This document shows, piece after piece, positions 7,209-8,213 of a DNA stretch of 8,213 nucleotides. This DNA comes from Caedimonas varicaedens. GTDB taxonomy: Bacteria; Pseudomonadota; Alphaproteobacteria; Caedimonadales; Caedimonadaceae. The notes under the pieces were generated by a model that searched no databases, was not told the DNA's origin, and saw nothing but the letters and a program-made list of their open reading frames with translations. The DNA lies in assembly GCA_001192655.1 (NCBI GenBank), contig BBVC01000056.1:1-8213 (forward strand). Direction: 5' to 3'. The translations under genes and the position numbers were made by a program. The stretch's first letter is position 1, and every line of letters starts with the position of its first letter.

Positions 7209-7283
7209 TGGCTGGGGCGGAAGGATTCGAACCCTCGAATGTCGGTACCAAAAACCGATGCCTTACCACTTGGCGACGCCCCA
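7209..7283 (-). tRNA. tRNA-Gln (anticodon UUG), with the 3' CCA encoded.
   Basis: Hand-folded from the reverse complement as TGGGGCG-TC-GCC-AAGTGGTAA-GGC-A-TCGGT-TTTTGGT-ACCGA-CATTC-GAGGG-TTCGAAT-CCTTC-CGCCCCA-G-CCA. It has a 7-bp acceptor stem with U1-A72, G2-C71, G3-C70 and G73, which are bacterial Gln identity elements. The D stem is 3 bp, the anticodon stem is a perfect 5 bp, the loop is UU-UUG-GU, and the T loop is the canonical TTCGAAT. Total length is 75 nt. Confidence 0.93.
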
Positions 7284-7697
7284 ATTTATAGAAATAACGG
7301 GTCGTACAGTATCAGAAAAAGCAAAAGATGCAAGATACTTCTTCAAAAGTATGCGGATGAGATAAGGCTTTCTTTACTTTATTTTCTAGGTGTATAGTCT
7401 CACGATACATTGAAGAATTTTGCAAAAGATCCAACTCTTGATGAAGCGTTAAGATGTACAACAGTAGTAAGTGGCTTTGCTTGCACTTCAGAGCCGGGAT
7501 TCAATCCAGTCTTCTCGATGTACTCAATAGGGTAGCTCCTTGTGCCGGCTCTGCGGCGGGCCGTTAAGATCCAAGACTCATATTTGTTCTCTCTCCTCAC
7601 TGGAAAGGGCTTTTTTCACCTAATGCTCTTTCAGGAATACCTATTTTACGCAATTTATCGCGTTGTTTTCCGAAACAATAGATTTTCTAGGAAGTAA
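7284..7697 (+). pseudogene. 3' third of an IS630-family (Tc1/mariner-like DDE) transposase gene, inactivated; left boundary uncertain.
   Basis: One + frame is open from 7284 to a TAA at 7695-7697 except for two in-frame TAGs (7395-7397 and 7533-7535). It reads ..LLYFLGV*SHDTLKNFAKDPTLDEALRCTTVVSGFACTSEPGFNPVFSMYSIG*LLVPALRRAVKIQDSYLF.. This parallels the IS630 pattern ..vvmDNa.fHk......i...g..l.fLPpYSPdlNPIE..Ws.iK..lr. The D (7404) to NP (7503-7508) distance is 33-34 residues, matching the DD(34-35)E spacing, but the catalytic E position is F. About 97 codons run from the D to the stop, which fits a native C-terminus. Everything upstream of about the last 135 codons is missing, and the fragment abuts the tRNA 5' end. 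Confidence 0.45.
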
Positions 7698-7752
7698 GGA
7701 ATTAAGATAAATTTTGGCTTTCGCCTTTGCAATATGGAGGATTTGTTTGTCA

Positions 7753-7857
7753 GTGCCCTATTCCAATTTATCCAAACGTCCTCATGTTTTTCAAGGGATG
7801 ACAGGGTTGAGTGTTTCAGAGTTTCAGAAAAATGTGAATTTTATTCATCCTTTATAG
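7753..7857 (+). pseudogene. N-terminal stub of an HTH_Tnp_4/DDE_Tnp_4-type transposase, the same family as 2489-2683.
   Basis: A GTG at 7753, with GGAGG at 7736-7740 upstream, reads (M)PYSNLSKRPHVFQGMTGLSVSEFQK. This matches the family N-terminus M.Y..L.K.P..F...TGL...EF..L. After about 26 codons (around 7830) the similarity ends (NVNFIHPL*) and a TAG follows at 7855-7857, just upstream of the IS630-type ORF. Confidence 0.5.
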
Positions 7858-7896
7858 CTGGTTGATATTATATTTTGTCCTATTTATTATAGGGTT

Positions 7897-8213
7897 ATGA
7901 GCTATGGATACAGTATAGATTTACGCGAGCGTGTTCTGGCCTACATTCAGGATGGTCACAGTCAAAAAGAAGCGAGCGAGGTTTTTAAGATTCCTCGTCA
8001 GACGATTTATAATTGGCTTCGTCTTAAGTCAGAGACGGGGGATTTGCGGATGCATCGTTCTTCCAAGATAGACGAAGGGAAGCTTAAAGAAGTGGTGTCC
8101 GGTCATCCTGATTATTATCTTTGGGAGCTTGCTGTTTTTTTTCAAGCAACGCCCAGTGGGATTTACCGTGCCTTAAAAAGGCACCAGATCACTCGAAAAA
8201 AAAGACTTTCCTC
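7897..8213 (+). CDS. IS630-family transposase, N-terminal HTH region; partial, open to the window end.
   Basis: This ORF is not in the track because it has no stop. The ATG at 7897 opens MSYGYSIDLRERVLAYIQDGHSQKEASEVFKIPRQTIYNWLRLKSETGDLRMHRSSKIDEGKLKEVVSGHPDYYLWELAVFFQATPSGIYRALKRHQITRKKRLS.. The pattern M.YS.DLR.RV......G.S..EA...F.I.R.TIY.W......G.L...........L........P......E.A........S.I..ALK...ITRKK is the classic IS630 N-terminus with two HTH motifs. There is no frame disruption within the 105 visible codons. Confidence 0.85.
   Translation, partial: MSYGYSIDLRERVLAYIQDGHSQKEASEVFKIPRQTIYNWLRLKSETGDLRMHRSSKIDEGKLKEVVSGHPDYYLWELAVFFQATPSGIYRALKRHQITRKKRLS

Noticed and set aside
7209-7230. 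A possible integrase att duplication, meaning a direct repeat of the tRNA-Gln 3' end elsewhere in the window that would mark a genomic island.
   Set aside because: I found no second copy of the tRNA 3' segment (ggattcgaaccc / acceptor arm) in the window and no integrase gene. The IS debris lies on the 5' side of the tRNA.
6949-7284. The 111-aa minus-strand track ORF.
   Set aside because: Its 5' part is the tRNA-Gln gene read as protein (MGRRQVVRHRFLVPTFEGSNPSAP... is the tRNA sequence) and its 3' part overlaps the secA C-terminus on the opposite strand. It is an artefact.
7400-7600. The 66-aa minus-strand track ORF. Separately, I considered that 7400-7620 might be a structured ncRNA, based on the perfect 9-bp inverted repeat cagagccgg (7489-7497) / ccggctctg (7545-7553) and the T-arm-like ggattcaatcc at 7497-7507.
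   Set aside because: The ORF starts at GTG with no RBS and has no recognisable domain. I looked for tmRNA (one- or two-piece, tag ORF ending in AA), SRP RNA (GGAA tetraloop region) and RNase P signatures and found none. The T-arm-like segment has no matching acceptor or anticodon arms. The + strand reads convincingly as an IS630-type transposase C-terminal remnant, which explains the region better. The inverted repeat may be incidental, though a covariance-model scan (Rfam) would settle it.

Overview
Low-GC bacterial window. The SecA sequence and the divergent parvulin-PPIase/secA pair look alphaproteobacterial, and the density of IS debris resembles an intracellular-symbiont genome; both points are inference. 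A housekeeping core occupies about 2.9-7.3 kb: a small tandem-repeat lipoprotein, a periplasmic parvulin-type PPIase, secA and tRNA-Gln(UUG). IS debris lies on both sides of this core. On the left are an IS5-type transposase 5' end running off the window, an AT-rich class I SAM methyltransferase, a short IS630-like scar, an orphan PF04392-type ABC substrate-binding protein, and two abutting transposase stubs. On the right, an IS630-type transposase 3' remnant with two in-frame TAG stops abuts the tRNA. It is followed by a 26-codon N-terminal stub of an HTH_Tnp_4/DDE_Tnp_4-type transposase and an apparently intact IS630-family transposase 5' end that runs off the window; this last ORF is absent from the ORF track because it has no stop. 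I found no CRISPR array, defence-type gene set, retron, toxin-antitoxin pair or other multi-gene system that looks novel. The best leads are modest: the 21-bp VNTR inside the mini-lipoprotein, the IS-scarred accessory block holding the methyltransferase (A9 tract) and the partnerless SBP, and two diverged IS630 scars that share the same in-frame stop. All homology calls rest on motif recognition by eye, not database searches.
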